From the NCBI RefSeq assembly GCF_009914755.1, contig NC_060925.1: DNA of 64,000 bases; one strand, written 5' to 3'. Made by a program: the position numbers and the translations under genes. Positions 31,201 through 45,067 of the stretch are shown here, in pieces; the first letter of the stretch is position 1, and the number at the start of each line of letters is the position of its first letter. The notes under the pieces were generated by a model. That model did not search any database and was not told where the DNA came from. It was given only the letters and a program-made list of their open reading frames with translations. The stretch comes from the human T2T-CHM13v2.0 reference genome, Homo sapiens.

Positions 31201-31839
31201 GCACCTCTGAAGGCCACACACCAAGCTGTCGAGGGCTTTGTGCACCCCATCACGCACATCCACCACTGTCCCTGCCTGCAGGGCAGAGTAAAGCCAGCCG
31301 GAATGCAGAATTCTCTGCCTAGGAATTTTTTCCTCCACCCAGTGCAGCACATTCAGGCCCAAGAAAAAATTGGCAAGACCAATGTACACAGTCTTCAGAG
31401 GAGCATAGAAGAGCATCTTCCAAAGATGGCAGAGCCATCGTCATTTGTCTGCAGAAGCACTGGATCGTTACTCAAAACATGTTGCGACCCCGAGAATAAA
31501 CAAAGGGAACTCTGTAAAAATAGAGACGTGAGCAATCTGGAGAGCAGTGGAGGGACTGAAAACAAGGCAGGAGGGAAAGTGGAGCTGAGCTTGTCACAGA
31601 CGGATGCAAGTGTGAACTCAGAACATTTCAATCAGAATGAACCAAAAGTCCTATTTAATCATTTAATGGGGGAGGCTGGTTGTAGGTCTTGCCCAAATAA
31701 TTCACAAAGTTGTGGCAGAATTGTGAGAGTGAAGTGCAATTCTGTGGACTGTCAAATGCCAAACATGGAAGCCAATGTGCCTGCTGTATTAACACACTCG
31801 GAACTTTCTGGTGAAAGTTTGTTAATAAAAACACTATAA
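28252..31839 (+). CDS. DISP1: DISP1 terminal coding exon (1195 aa: sterol-sensing domain, TM2-TM12, second extracellular domain, C-tail)
   Basis: Acceptor tctctatctctgcag at 28251, inside ORF 28234..31839. RND acidic motifs GIGADD (Asp codons 28978-28983) and GLSVD (Asp 30415-30417). The C-terminus is ESLLIKTL, followed by TAA TAA. Confidence 0.98.
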   Translation: MRSHPQFGDLCQRTTAASCCPSWTLGNYIAILNNRSSCQKIVERDVSHTLKLLRTCAKHYQNGTLGPDCWDMAARRKDQLKCTNVPRKCTKYNAVYQILHYLVDKDFMTPKTADYATPALKYSMLFSPTEKGESMMNIYLDNFENWNSSDGVTTITGIEFGIKHSLFQDYLLMDTVYPAIAIVIVLLVMCVYTKSMFITLMTMFAIISSLIVSYFLYRVVFHFEFFPFMNLTALIILVGIGADDAFVLCDVWNYTKFDKPHAETSETVSITLQHAALSMFVTSFTTAAAFYANYVSNITAIRCFGVYAGTAILVNYVLMVTWLPAVVVLHERYLLNIFTCFKKPQQQIYDNKSCWTVACQKCHKVLFAISEASRIFFEKVLPCIVIKFRYLWLFWFLALTVGGAYIVCINPKMKLPSLELSEFQVFRSSHPFERYDAEYKKLFMFERVHHGEELHMPITVIWGVSPEDNGNPLNPKSKGKLTLDSSFNIASPASQAWILHFCQKLRNQTFFYQTDEQDFTSCFIETFKQWMENQDCDEPALYPCCSHWSFPYKQEIFELCIKRAIMELERSTGYHLDSKTPGPRFDINDTIRAVVLEFQSTYLFTLAYEKMHQFYKEVDSWISSELSSAPEGLSNGWFVSNLEFYDLQDSLSDGTLIAMGLSVAVAFSVMLLTTWNIIISLYAIISIAGTIFVTVGSLVLLGWELNVLESVTISVAVGLSVDFAVHYGVAYRLAPDPDREGKVIFSLSRVGSAMAMAALTTFVAGAMMMPSTVLAYTQLGTFMMLIMCISWAFATFFFQCMCRCLGPQGTCGQIPLPKKLQCSAFSHALSTSPSDKGQSKTHTINAYHLDPRGPKSELEHEFYELEPLASHSCTAPEKTTYEETHICSEFFNSQAKNLGMPVHAAYNSELSKSTESDTGSALLQPPLEQHTVCHFFSLNQRCSCPDAYKHLNYGPHSCQQMGDCLCHQCSPTTSSFVQIQNGVAPLKATHQAVEGFVHPITHIHHCPCLQGRVKPAGMQNSLPRNFFLHPVQHIQAQEKIGKTNVHSLQRSIEEHLPKMAEPSSFVCRSTGSLLKTCCDPENKQRELCKNRDVSNLESSGGTENKAGGKVELSLSQTDASVNSEHFNQNEPKVLFNHLMGEAGCRSCPNNSQSCGRIVRVKCNSVDCQMPNMEANVPAVLTHSELSGESLLIKTL

Positions 31840-31843
31840 TAAA
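31824..31843 (+). terminator. Two AATAAA polyadenylation signals (31824-31829 inside the CDS; 31838-31843 overlapping the TAA TAA stops)
   Basis: Read directly in gttaataaaaacactataataaatg. Whether they are used is inferred. Confidence 0.65.
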
Positions 31844-34031
31844 TGCAGCATTCAATTCAGAACCAGTGCCTCAATTATTCTTTTAACATGGAAGTAAAAT
31901 CCAGAAGCTTAGAAAAGAAGCCCAAAAATACAGCAACAAGCATGTTTCACATTAACAATTTTAGAATATTTTTATATTCCGTAGGAACAACAAACTTACA
32001 AATCTGCTGAGTGCGTTAGGTTATTGGATTGGATGATTGTTGGATTTTATATTTTCAAAAAGTATAGTTGTTTTTTACATTTATGCCCAGCTTGAAAAAT
32101 AACTGTCTCTCTTTCTACCCTCCCACTGCAGTGAGTCGGAGATTTAAAGTTTAAAGTTTCCGTTCTCCCGGGCCATCATATTCACCTGGTATCCTCATTC
32201 TAGTGTATTTCGTGGGCAGTAATCAGTACTTTTGATTGCTCAACATGAATACTAGGAATTGCTCTAATTTTAATAGAGCCAGTTCAGTTGGGATTCAAGA
32301 ACTAAATTAAAACTTACATTTTTGGTGAGGCCTCATGTAAAAAATCAATTGCCAAGCACCTTAATAATGCATTCCACATGTCTGCTTTAGTAGACTTTAC
32401 ATGAAGCCAAGAACACACGTATATCCACACCAGTGTCTTTTCCACTTTAACCAAAATGTACAGTTGTTCAGTAATTTTAGCTGTTAACCCAGGAGCCATG
32501 AGCATCATCTGTGTCAGGCCACAATTATGTTAAAGGCACAGAAGGACGGGCGTGAATGAAGAGATGTGATCGCACAAAATAGTGCTGCACTTCACAGGAT
32601 ACGTTGCATGATGTCAGAGACAGATCCAGGTCAGGTGAGCATTCAGAGCAAGGGAACTTGGATGAAGTTTTGCTTCCAACTCTGCCCCTAAGGGGCCATG
32701 TTTAGAAGGCTTCTTTCTCCTTTGTTAAAAAGTGTCTCAAGACACTTAAGGATTATTTTTTTGTGCAGTTAACACCTGGAAATGCTAAGCCTTCAGGCAG
32801 CATCTTAAATGACACTTGTGTATCTCATGTTAGATCAGTCGACAGTAATTGAGCTGTTGGAGCATGCTCTCTGGATAATGCTTCAGATGACAGTCCTCAT
32901 CATAGGGTGTCATCTGATCCTTTGTGCATTCCAGCCCCATCCTGGAAGTGTTCTTCTGCATTCTGCTTCCCTCTGGAGTTCTACCTCCAATTTGGTCCTC
33001 CAAAGAAAAGAGTGGAAATATTTGTAAATACAATGTTCCCTCCAAACGTTATATTGGTTATTTTCTAAGAATAGTTTTCCAAATTAGATCTGCATGTTTT
33101 TCCAGGGCCTGAGAAAAATGCTGTCAGAAGCAGGAAGGGATCTTATGGGTCATTGACTCCAACCCACATCCACTAAACCACATATTTGTTAAGTAACTTT
33201 CCAGCTTTTGCTTGAACACTTCGGTGACCAGTAGGTCACTACACGTCTACCTTGGTTGAACCGGAATTTGTTGTCCTGTAGTTTTTCTACCAGTTTGTCC
33301 TCATTCTGTTCTCTGAAGTGAAAGCAAACATCCCTCTTGCTAACATTGGCAGTTCACTGAGTTCATCCCGTGAACACGGATTGAGCATCTACGCACTGTG
33401 CAGCTGAAGTACACAAGCAGACTCTGATTACACTGCAAGGAGGAGGACCAGCCCCCAGGAGTCTGGATGGCACTCCCACTAGTTCACATAGAGACGGAAA
33501 TAACTTTCGCTCAAGTATTATAGCCAACTCTCAGGCAGCGCACAGGGAACTAAACCCTCTAGGTCTCTCACATATTCTGTTGCTAAGCTGCCTCTCCAAA
33601 CCAGTTAGTTTCTTTTAACACTGACATTCAGGAGCTTATGTCCATTCCCATCGCACTTAATTCTGTTAGATAAATAAGGGGACATATGGAGGAGAAGGAG
33701 CACTTGAAAACAGGACTCACGATACCCGACACTAGAGTCTGTTTTCCCTCTGAAATGTGTAACCATAAAGTTATGTGAAAATTTAGTGGCCCAAAAGCAC
33801 TTTTTTCGGCCACCCACATGGATTGAATTTAAAGGCAATTAAAAAAAACGCCAATTTCTTTATGGATGGTCTAACCTGGAAGACTTTCAGGTAAGCTAAG
33901 TGTCATTTGATTTGAAAATGAAGACTAGAGGGAGGAGGGGGAACATCCTATGTCTTCTCTCTGGGTTCCACCAGGGAGGCATGGTTACCATGCACCGAGC
34001 CTGCTCTGTCTCCACGGGGCTGGAGGGGCCT

Positions 34032-34064
34032 CCCCCGTCCCCCATCCCCCGTCCCCCATCCCCC
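34032..34064. repeat. (CCCCC[GA]T) heptamer repeat with five C5 tracts
   Basis: cccccgtcccccatcccccgtcccccatccccc. Confidence 0.9.
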
Positions 34065-36073
34065 ATCTCTGATTAATTACCCTGAGCCTTGAATGCAGCA
34101 GTGAAACCTTTTCACATTTATTTCATCTCCAGATCTGGGCCTTTGAATTGACTATGTTTTTCACGAATGGATTTCTTTTTTTAAAAAAGTATTTGCTGGG
34201 GCTAGAAAGTTTTAAGAATTTTTTAATTTTTATTTTCAATTCATTACTGGGCAGCAGAGGATCACTATTTCTAGGAATGTTTCACAAAAAACTTCATCCA
34301 ATCTTCTAGGTAATTTTCAAAGCAGATAAGAGGTTAAATTATACATAGGGAAAAGAGCCCTTTCCTCTGTCTGTGAAATACTTGTAACTTGGAAGGTATT
34401 TGGTTATGGAAAGAATCTGCAGACTGCCACTACAACAAGAACATCTTTGAGGTTTGAGTCCATGTTATCAAATTTGTTCCTGACTTCTTCCCTGCAAGGT
34501 CACTCTTTAAATTCCTATTTTATTGAAAAGTGGAAGAGGCCAAGAGCAAGGAGTTTTTCACAGAGACAAGCTGTGTTTGAAATAACTACACCGCTTCATC
34601 TGTGTGTATTCATTTCTTTGTGTAATTGCTGTAAAATGCACATCCTCCTAGAATAATATTCTTTAAAGGTAGGCTAAGCTGCTATTAAATGTTATTGTAA
34701 TAATCTATGCCCCACCTTCAATCATTCTAAATTTTTAAACTTTTGCATGGGGTGATGTGAAGAGTAGTTTACAAATGTGATCTTACAGGAGATTAGGAAA
34801 TGTTCCCGGTTCCCATTGTCTCACATGGAAACCATCTTTCCACCAGCAGTTAGGATAGTTTCTGAATGAAATAGCAGCAAACAGTGTCTTTGAAAACAGC
34901 TGCATCTTTTCACTTTAATGAGGAGAGTCGTTTTAGAAGAAAAAACAATGAAACCTGTGTTTTAAAAAAAATCCAGACTCAATTGGGATTTTTTCTTAAG
35001 GTTCAAACATAACCACAAAAATAGAAATTTGTTGAAATCACAAGGGGATTGTTTTTTATGCACAAGAAACTATCACGTCCAAATACCCTGTATGCCATAG
35101 TGGAGCTTTCGGAAATGTTTGCTGGCATTTAGTTTATCTCTAATTATTGTTAGATTAACCTACTTTTTTTGTTAGACATTTTCATTAATGTTTGGTTTTG
35201 TACACTAAGGTTTCATATCTTTGCATTAAATACAAAGAAAAAAGTAATGAATATGCAAGGTTGATTAGTGGAATCTTGTGCCCTTTGTTCTTAACAGTGT
35301 TTTAATTGCCATAATTTTGGATGTGTGTGTGTGTGTGAAAAGAAAAGATGTCACTTCTCTTTTTGTTAGCTTTGTGAACCAAAGGGTGCTTACAGAAAAA
35401 CAACTAAGTAACCAGGATCAACAACAGTTTCCATCAGATCCCCTAAACCATCAGTTAGAACATGAAGTTGACAATACAGGGGCCAACTAGGACACAGTTC
35501 ATTAACTCAGTGGAGCCTGTGGGCACATAAGTATGCTTTCCTGAGATTCTGGGGCCGTGAGTGCTGTTTTAAGTTTTAGGGAGGGGGACATGAAATACAG
35601 CGATGATGTTCTGCATTCAGAAGTCAGTCCAAGAAGGAGCTTCTTCCAGCTTGCCTGTTCTTAAGGTTTTAGGTAACCTTGAGAACCATATACTTTTTAT
35701 TTTGAATAAGAAGATAAATCAGTGGCCCAAATTATTCACAGTGATGCTGTACAAAACAGGTTCCCTTCTTAAGGGATTTAAGCCAACATTTGAAATAACA
35801 GTCAACACCTCTGCTGCTCTCATCTGACCCATAAAATGACTGCACTTCTTGACTTACTTTGTGCTTCATTTAGTGACTGTGATATTCACAACCCTATGAC
35901 AATCACAGTGAAATAGTTCAATTCCATGTTCTTAAATCGACTGGAATAGCTAAACTTCAACATTTACCCTTTCAAATCTTTTTTTTTTTTTACATAACTT
36001 TCTGTAATGTAATCTATGCTTTCCTAAAAAAATTAAGGGCAGATTATTTTTAGCAAGAAATATTTTTCTTTGG

Positions 36074-36455
<382 letters not shown>

Positions 36456-38010
36456 TCAATCTCTATCCACTAATTGGCCATTTTTGATCAGTGCACTGGA
36501 CTTTTAACTTGCCACTATTTAAAGGGGAAAGGATTTGCTAAATAAACCAATAATCTAAACAGGATTACAAAGAGCCTGTTTAGCCTGCCTAAGAAAACAA
36601 ACCTCTAGAGTTTAAAAAACTGTAGTGTTACTGTCTTTGCAACGTAATATGATCATTACAAATCTTACTAATTTTTAAAAAAAGGGTCCCGTGGGATAAT
36701 CTCTAGGCAAAACTTTACCAGATGTTTTAAATACTAGGTAAGAATGGGAAAATAGCATGGATTTTCAAGTGGTCCTCAATGTGGTCTTTCTGAGATTCTC
36801 CCCACTCCCACCAGCTGCATTATTCTATCTTGGGAAGCTCTCTCACCCACAGAGTGACTTCTATTTCTCTCTTTTGTGGCAGCAATCAAGAGCTTAATTC
36901 ACTGGAGCTTTAAACCATGGGGTGTGTGAAGCCACAAGCATTCCTCTCCCTCCAGTAAGATTTCTGTTTGTAAAGAGATCTGAGGAAAGGCTTTGTGAAA
37001 CAAGCAAATCTCTGACAATATCCTCACTCAGATTGAAGTTCACCGGTGTTTGTTCTTTTTTAGAGCTTGATCTCTTCTCTTTACTTTTAGTTTCCTGAAT
37101 AGTGTATGTGTTATTCGTCATATATGTGGGATGGGACTAGATCTATACCGAATAATCTTGAATTGCTGAATAATTCTGTCACAGATCGCATTTGGAATTT
37201 CTTTGCCTTGCCCTGCCCTGGAAAGGACCCTGGGCTCTGGCAGATAAAGGGGAATTCCCTTCAGTGAGTGGCTTCCCTGCCAATCATGGCAAATTACACA
37301 GCTCTCTAGTAAATATCTGCACGATGCCAACCGAGAAGAAGCGGAGGTCAGAAAAGCCAATTTTGAGACAACACTTCAATCCTTCCTCTAAGTCACTGTG
37401 ATTCAGAAAACATTTAGGTGCATCTCCTATCCTGGAAATAAAAACTGATTTTTGCAAAGGTTAAATGAGATGCGACACATTAAAGAGGCTATTGTGTAAC
37501 TCTTACTATCCAATAGCTTTTATGCTCATCATCATGTCATTCGATTCTGCTCATTAACGCTCATCCTGCAAACATTCGAGCAAGACCAGCCACTTTCTAG
37601 TACCTCAGGCCATCCTTTGTCAGCTGATTCCCTGTCACACAGATGCTATGTATTTGCCTGTATTGCAAATATCGTATATATTATATATAGTATATAAATG
37701 TGTGTACATACATGTTTTCAATGTATAGATTTGCTGCAAATACTTCAATATAATAAAAACTGTATTCTACTCTAGTCTGTCTTACTGTGAACTCTGTGTT
37801 TTAAATAAGGTGTTTGTTTTTATTTATGTTACAAAAGCTGCATCAGTGTATCCATTCACTACATTCTTGGGGTACCATAGAGGTATTTTCTACTCTGACT
37901 TTATAAGCTAAATAATTTTAAGGATATTCTTCATATTCTGGTTGTAGCATGTTTTTTATAGTTTACAAGTCCCTTTTCCATGCATACTTAGCTAAATTAA
38001 ATCAGTCTTT

Positions 38011-38313
<303 letters not shown>

Positions 38314-39079
38314 AATTAAGTCGGTCTTCACTATAAGTTGTCTGCCAAAAAATGTTGAAGGAATGAATGAGTAAATGGATGAAAGGATACACAGATTGTT
38401 GAAGTAGTCAGGGCAGATAGTTTTCCCTTGTTTACAGATGATGAACTTGAGGTAAAGGGACTTAACTTGATCACTTGCCTGACAAGTTTTAAATTAGGAA
38501 TCCAGAGTTTTTTCCACAATATAAACCTACCATGATGAAGTCATTAAAAAAATGGTTCATGATTCCTTGATATCATTTTAATTTTAACCATCCATATGAC
38601 TCCTCTTCTGATGTAATTATTCACTAGCCTATTTCTCTTGACTTAGTTCTTATTCAAGGTAGATACATATTTTTCTAGTTTTTTATTTGCCACTTATGCT
38701 TGTGGGTTTTGTCACATAATATATGTTTCATGTTCATTTTGAGGGTCTCATAATACTCAGAAATTGAAAAGCAAAACCCAAGATCTGCAGTGGTTTCTGC
38801 TACAATAAGCTGAACTTAAGATGAAACTTTGAGAAAATGGATAGACACAATTGACATTTTCCAGAATACACGTTTTATTTTAAAATCCCCTCAGTGTTTT
38901 TGCTAATGCACACTGAAGTTCCCTTGATTTGTCTGCCATCCATGTATAGATTTGCTCATTAATCCAACAGACACTGCTGAGAGCCTGCAATAAGCCAGCT
39001 ACTGTCTCAGTTACTGGAGCCTGAATAAGACACGGCCCCTGCCTTCCAAGAGTGCAGAGTAGTAAACAAATCATTACAA

Positions 39080-39680
39080 GATAAATGACTGCTTGGAAGA
39101 AAAATCAATTTTACAACACCTCTCACAAACAAAGGATTAATATCTCTATCATACAAATGTAAAAGAAAAGAGAACCAATAGAAAAGTGGGCAAATGAAAT
39201 AACCCGGCACTCAACAGAAGGAGGGATACAAATGGACAATCTATTCACTAGTTGACTTACCATTTGAACTTACACAGTTGTCCAGAATTTTAGATAGATG
39301 GCTTCCAGTGTTGGAAAGGATGTGGGCGAAAGAGGTACTGTTTGGATGGGTGAAAATCAACACAATATTTTGAAAGGGTAGTTTCTGACAACACCGTGGA
39401 TGTTTATAGTCTGTGATAGAAGAGTCTCATTTCTAGAAATCTCCCCTCCAGAAATGATGAAATATGTGTGTGCCACGTCTATGTATGGGAGTGTTCATCA
39501 CAAGAATTCAAAAAAAATGCTGTCCACCAGAAGAGCCCTGGTTAAAGAAAGCTATGGAATACGTGGTAGCCCTTTAAAAGAATGATGTAGATTTTTATGA
39601 ACTCACCTGTAAAGATATTCATGGTACATCGTTAGGGAAAAAAAAATAAGTTGCAAATAAAATAGAATGATATAACAAAA
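39080..39680 (+). mobile_element. Ancient L1ME-like fragment
   Basis: acaaaggattaatatct...gaaaagtgggcaaa...gtgttggaaaggatgtgg resembles a degraded L1 ORF2 end and 3'UTR. Confidence 0.5.
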
Positions 39681-40569
39681 CTTTTAGCAAGGTTTCCTCT
39701 AGCGAATAGAGTCAAATATAAGACTACTTGCAAATGACGGAGTAATTTAACATTATTTAATAATTTTTTAATGTACTTGGAAAACAGATGATTTTAGCCT
39801 TCCTTTTCAATATTGTATTTTTTTACATTGCAAGAAAGCAGCGGGCCACACAGCAGAGAAGGGGCTGTCTACCCAATAGTTTAAAAATAGGTGAATGTCC
39901 AAATGGCACAGTTTAGTGTAAGTATTGTAACCCAGGAGTGCACAAAACGTCATAAGAAAGGAGAGGAAGGGACATAATCCTGTGTGTTTACCATTTATGT
40001 GGTCTCTTTTCATCTATTATCCATTTAATCCCTGGACAATCTAGGAAGTCAGTAATATTACCTCTATTTTACAGATGCATAAACTGAGGATAAGAAAAAT
40101 TAGGTAACACTTCTAAGGTCACACAGCTGTGTAGCAGCAGAGATAGATTTTAGCCCAGGCCTGTTTAGCAAGCTCCCACCTGAATGTTTGGGCCAGGTAT
40201 TATAGATGCAACCAGAGGAGAGAGCTGCAATCCAGGCAGAGGAAACTGCAGATAAGAGTCAGAGACTTCAAAGAACTTAGCCCATCACAGGAATGTTTCT
40301 AACAGGGAGAAGTTGTAAAAATTTCTCATACCTGGTAAAAAGAAGACTATAAAAGAGTCTTCAAGTCACACCAAAATCAAAACCTTTTTTCTACAGGTTT
40401 CTTTATATGCTCTAGAACTAAGGGCTTGAACAGGGGCTTCTAGAAAGAAGGCAGATCTGAATCTAGACTTCCCGTCTCACACAGTGATTTGTGGAATGGG
40501 GACTGTGTGTGTGGTGGACTGTGATCATTCCTGGGTACTCCCACACTTTAACAGCCTCTCCATATTTCA

Positions 40570-41256
<687 letters not shown>

Positions 41257-41704
41257 ACACAGGGACTCTAAGGGGAGAGGAAGAGCCATCCTATCACCCT
41301 ACTGGTCTTAGCTTCAAATAAGGAATGGAGAAAGCTATGAAATAAAGTGTGCTGGCCTCTTTGCTAACACTTTGTCTTCACTTCCTTAAGGTTAATGAGT
41401 TCTAATCATGTTCAGAATTTACCTTAGAGTTTTAAATTCTGCCCCAAGGCAATTACATCTTTCATTCGTTTATAAATACTCCAGTAGTAATGTCTTGACC
41501 TCATAGCCTCTGAAACATTCACTTCCCCAGCAAATGCTAACCATGGAAACAACTCAGCCAAAATGCATAACTGATAGGAGAGAGGCAGGGGCTATGCCTA
41601 ACTCCCTCTGGGAGTTCCCTGGGAGGCCCACATATCTGAAAAGAAGACTGAGAACCGAGGGGAGGCAGACAGGTGAGAAGACAGCTTTCAAGTCCTTTGA
41701 TTTC

Positions 41705-42210
41705 TTTTTTTTTTTTTTTCAGACAGAGTCTCGTTCTGTCGCCCAGGCTGGAGTGCAGTGGGGCCATCTCTGCTTACTGCAACCTCCGCCCCCCTGTTCA
41801 AGCAATTCTCCTGCCTCAGCCTCCAGAGTAGCTGAAATTAAAGGGGTGCGCCACCACACCCGGCTAATTCTTGTATTTTTAGTAGAGACAGGGTTTCACC
41901 ATGTTGGCCAGGTTGGTCTCGATCTCCTGACCTCAAGTAATATGCCTGCCTCGGCCTCCCAAAGTGCTGGGATTACAGGCGTGAACCACTACACTCAGCC
42001 CTGAACGATGGACTTTCATGAAATAGAAGCTAGCTTCGTCTATTTTAAGTAGAGTGAAAAGATTTTTGTGAGAAGAATTGGGGTGCCTCATGGAACCCAC
42101 GGGCAGGCTTCCCAAGGGGCTGGAAGCAAGAGATCTCTCCCCTGGTCTTTGTCTCTGCTGTCTCTCTCTGTTTGTCTCGGTGTCAACAGGCGTGAGCCAC
42201 CGCACCCAGC
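41705..42210 (-). mobile_element. AluS with an internal 211-bp templated insertion (see findings)
   Basis: Antisense Alu at 41705-42000, non-Alu sequence at 42001-42185, then a second Alu 5' end at 42186-42210. TSD cctttgatttctt at 41694 and 42241. Confidence 0.88.
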
Positions 42211-43481
42211 AGTAAAATAAACTTTCTAAATTGACTGGGACCTTTGATTTCTTAAGAGAAGATGATCTGTTAATGCAGGCACTGGGGAAGAACATCACTG
42301 AGAAGTATGGCTGGAGTGCACACAGCCTGCTGGGCTGGTCCTAGGCTCTTTGCCCACTCTAATAATGGGAGATGGATTCAGAGGCCTAAACATACAAAGA
42401 GGTTCTTGTGCAGGTTGTTGTGCATTAGAGGAGTCATGTCTTAAGGAAAAAGGCCTGGGAGAGCTTCCCATCTGCCCAGGGGAATTTAGGAGAACTGGGC
42501 CTTCCTGCTGAGAGGCCAGCGTGGGAGTTAGTAGGGGGAGCCTGGAGTTGGGATCTGCTCACTGAGGCCATCTGAGGCCAGTCTATAGTTATAATGATTT
42601 CCTAGCTCTCTGTCATCTTTGGAGGTAGAGGAAGAATTATTCTTCCTCGTGTAGTAAGCAGAGCTTTATGAAAACCAAAACAAAGACTGAAAGACCAACC
42701 AGTGAATGTTGGGTAGGGAATTTTTACTGCCCAACAGGGAACTGCACCCACCTGGGAGATGAGGTTGGAGGAAGAGAAATGGGGTAGGTCTTTCAAGCCA
42801 ACAAGGTGTGCCCTGTCTCTTTGGAAGCAAGGCTTCTGAGATGATTAGTGGCTGTCTGGTGACATCGGGCTTGCTGAGAAGGCAGGCACCAGGCTGGCTG
42901 GAGAAGGTTTGTTGTTGGTGGGCAGGCGCTACGGCGCCCACTGCTGGGTCTTGGTGCATCCAAGGGGAGCCAGCCCTGCAGATCTGCCCAGTGCTGGCCG
43001 GCCGGGTGGCCAGTGGGGTCAGTCTGCTTCTTGTGTGGCTCTGCCTCTGGCTTTGCATCAGGTGCAGGGGCAAAGGGGTCATGGCTGGAGAAAAGTGGTC
43101 AGTCTTCTGTGGAAAGCCAAGGGGCTTTCTGTGTGTGCTAGAGGGCAGGGCCCATGGGCCTCGCACAGCCCACCACAGGCAGGCCGGGGCCCCTTCTCAC
43201 CACCTCCCTACCTACTGGTATTTCTCTAGGGCTCCCTCTCCCCTACTTTCTCACAAGCTGAAGAGCCTGTGGCCTCCACCCCCAGCCCCTGGGAAAAAGC
43301 CTGGCTAGGAAGCAGTTGCCTGGAGTCCGGCAGGAAACCTGCACTGGTGTGGCGGAGAGAATGGGTGGCTCTTCCTTATCTGCCAGGACGGAGCAGGCCG
43401 AGGGGTAAACAGGAGGCTGTCCCAGCACCGGGAATTCCTGGATGAGGTGTTCCTCTTTAACTGGAAGGAAGGGATATCCTG

Positions 43482-43829
43482 TGTATTAGTCCATTTTCAT
43501 GCTGCTGATAAAGACATACCTGAGACTGGGAAGAAAAAGAGGTTTAATTGGACTTACAGTTCCACATGGCTGGGGAAGCCTCAGAATCATGGCAGAAGGT
43601 AAAAGGAACTTCTTACATGGTGGTGGCAAGAGAAAAACGAGGAAGAAGCAAAAGCGGAAACCCCTGATAAACCCATCAGATCTCATGAGACTTATTCATG
43701 AGAATAGCACGGGAAAGACCGGACCCCATGAGTCAATGACCTTCCCTGGGTCCCTCCCACAACATGTGGGAATTCTGGGAGATAGAATTCAAGTTGTGAT
43801 TTTGGTGGGGACACAGCCAAACCATATTA
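43482..43829 (-). mobile_element. THE1C-like MaLR solo LTR
   Basis: tgtattagtccattttcatgctgctgataaagacatacc...gaagaagcaaaagcggaaacccctgataaacccatcag...cacagccaaaccata; 5-bp TSD tcctg/tccta. Confidence 0.85.
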
Positions 43830-44649
43830 TCCTAACATTGATTATCAAGATGGTCTCATCCAGGAATCCTTCCAGACCCACAGTAGGAAGGGGTGAGATG
43901 CATGTTTGATTTTGGGGACTGATGGCCAGGATACTCTCTGGGTTGGAGCCAGGAACCAAGGCCCCTTGAGGCCCGGCTTTGGGGACAAAGCAGAGAGAAA
44001 TCAGGATCATAGGAGCACTGTCTGAGGATCAGCTAGGCCTGGATTCAAATCCAGACCACCCCTCGCCAGTGTGAGCTAAGCCCGCACCTTAGCCTCTCTG
44101 AGTCTCATCTGTGGATGGGGGTCACACTGCTTGCCTCCCTGGGCTGCCTGTGACAGTGTGCACACCCTCCACACACCACATTCGGGCCCCAGGTGGACAT
44201 TTGCTAGGAAACTGCACAGCCTGGTTCCACTTTGTCATTCTGAAGCCACAGCTTGCCTGTGTGGGTGGGGACAAGAATAAGAAAGGACCTTGCCCAAAGT
44301 GCTCAGTCTTCAACACTGGCCCCTCTTCTGCAGAGACCTTGCAGGACAGGGCCTAAGGAGATGTTGTGGCCACTCGATGACCTGCCGTCTCTGTAGGGGA
44401 TCAGGAACCACAGGTCTGGGTTGGCGCTTGGGTGGAGCTGGGGATACATTTGGGAGTCTGGCCCACATCACTGTTAGACACACGGAAGACTCCCGCCAAA
44501 TCCATAGTCACCAGGCCTGCAGGGACCCTCCGAGGATGTAGAGAGAACTGCCTGACTGAGGATGGGGCAGTCATCCCTTCCTGTGTCCGGGCAACTGGAG
44601 AGAGCTGGGAGTCAATACCTCACATGGATGGTGGGGCCCGATAGCCCCG

Positions 44650-44945
44650 GCCGCATGTGCTTATTGAGCACTTAACATGGGGCTCATGTGAGGGAGGAAG
44701 TGAATCTTTAATTTTAGCTTATTCCCATTTAAATGGCCACACACAGCTAGTGGCTGCTGCCTTGGCTAGCCCAGGCTAGGCTGCAGTGGTTCCCAAACTT
44801 TCATGAGTATAAGAATCACCCAAGGAGCTTGTTGAAAAGTAGACTCAGAGATTTGGGTTCAGCCGGTCAGGGGAGAGGTCAGGGGAGAGGCTCTGGAGTT
44901 GCACCTTAATAAGCAGTCCACACTCTGATTTAGGGGCCACCTGGC
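44650..44945. mobile_element. Adjacent MER3-like and MER5-like hAT MITE remnants
   Basis: gcatgtgcttattgagcactt...gctagtggct (MER3-like), then cagtggttcccaaactt...agaatcacccaaggagcttgtt (MER5-like). Confidence 0.55.
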
Positions 44946-45067
44946 CATCCGTTCTGTACTCCTCCTCCTTTCTTTCTTCCCAGCCCAGCTTTCTCTTTTA
45001 CTGTCTTCTTATTCTGTGCCTTTGCCTCCATCATTTTATTTCCATTCCATTCCATTCCATCTATCTA

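Noticed and set aside
28240-31855. Antisense and alternative-frame ORFs overlapping the DISP1 last exon (e.g. 30273..30704, 31018..31416)
   Set aside because: Expected shadows of a long coding exon, with no recognisable motifs or promoter.
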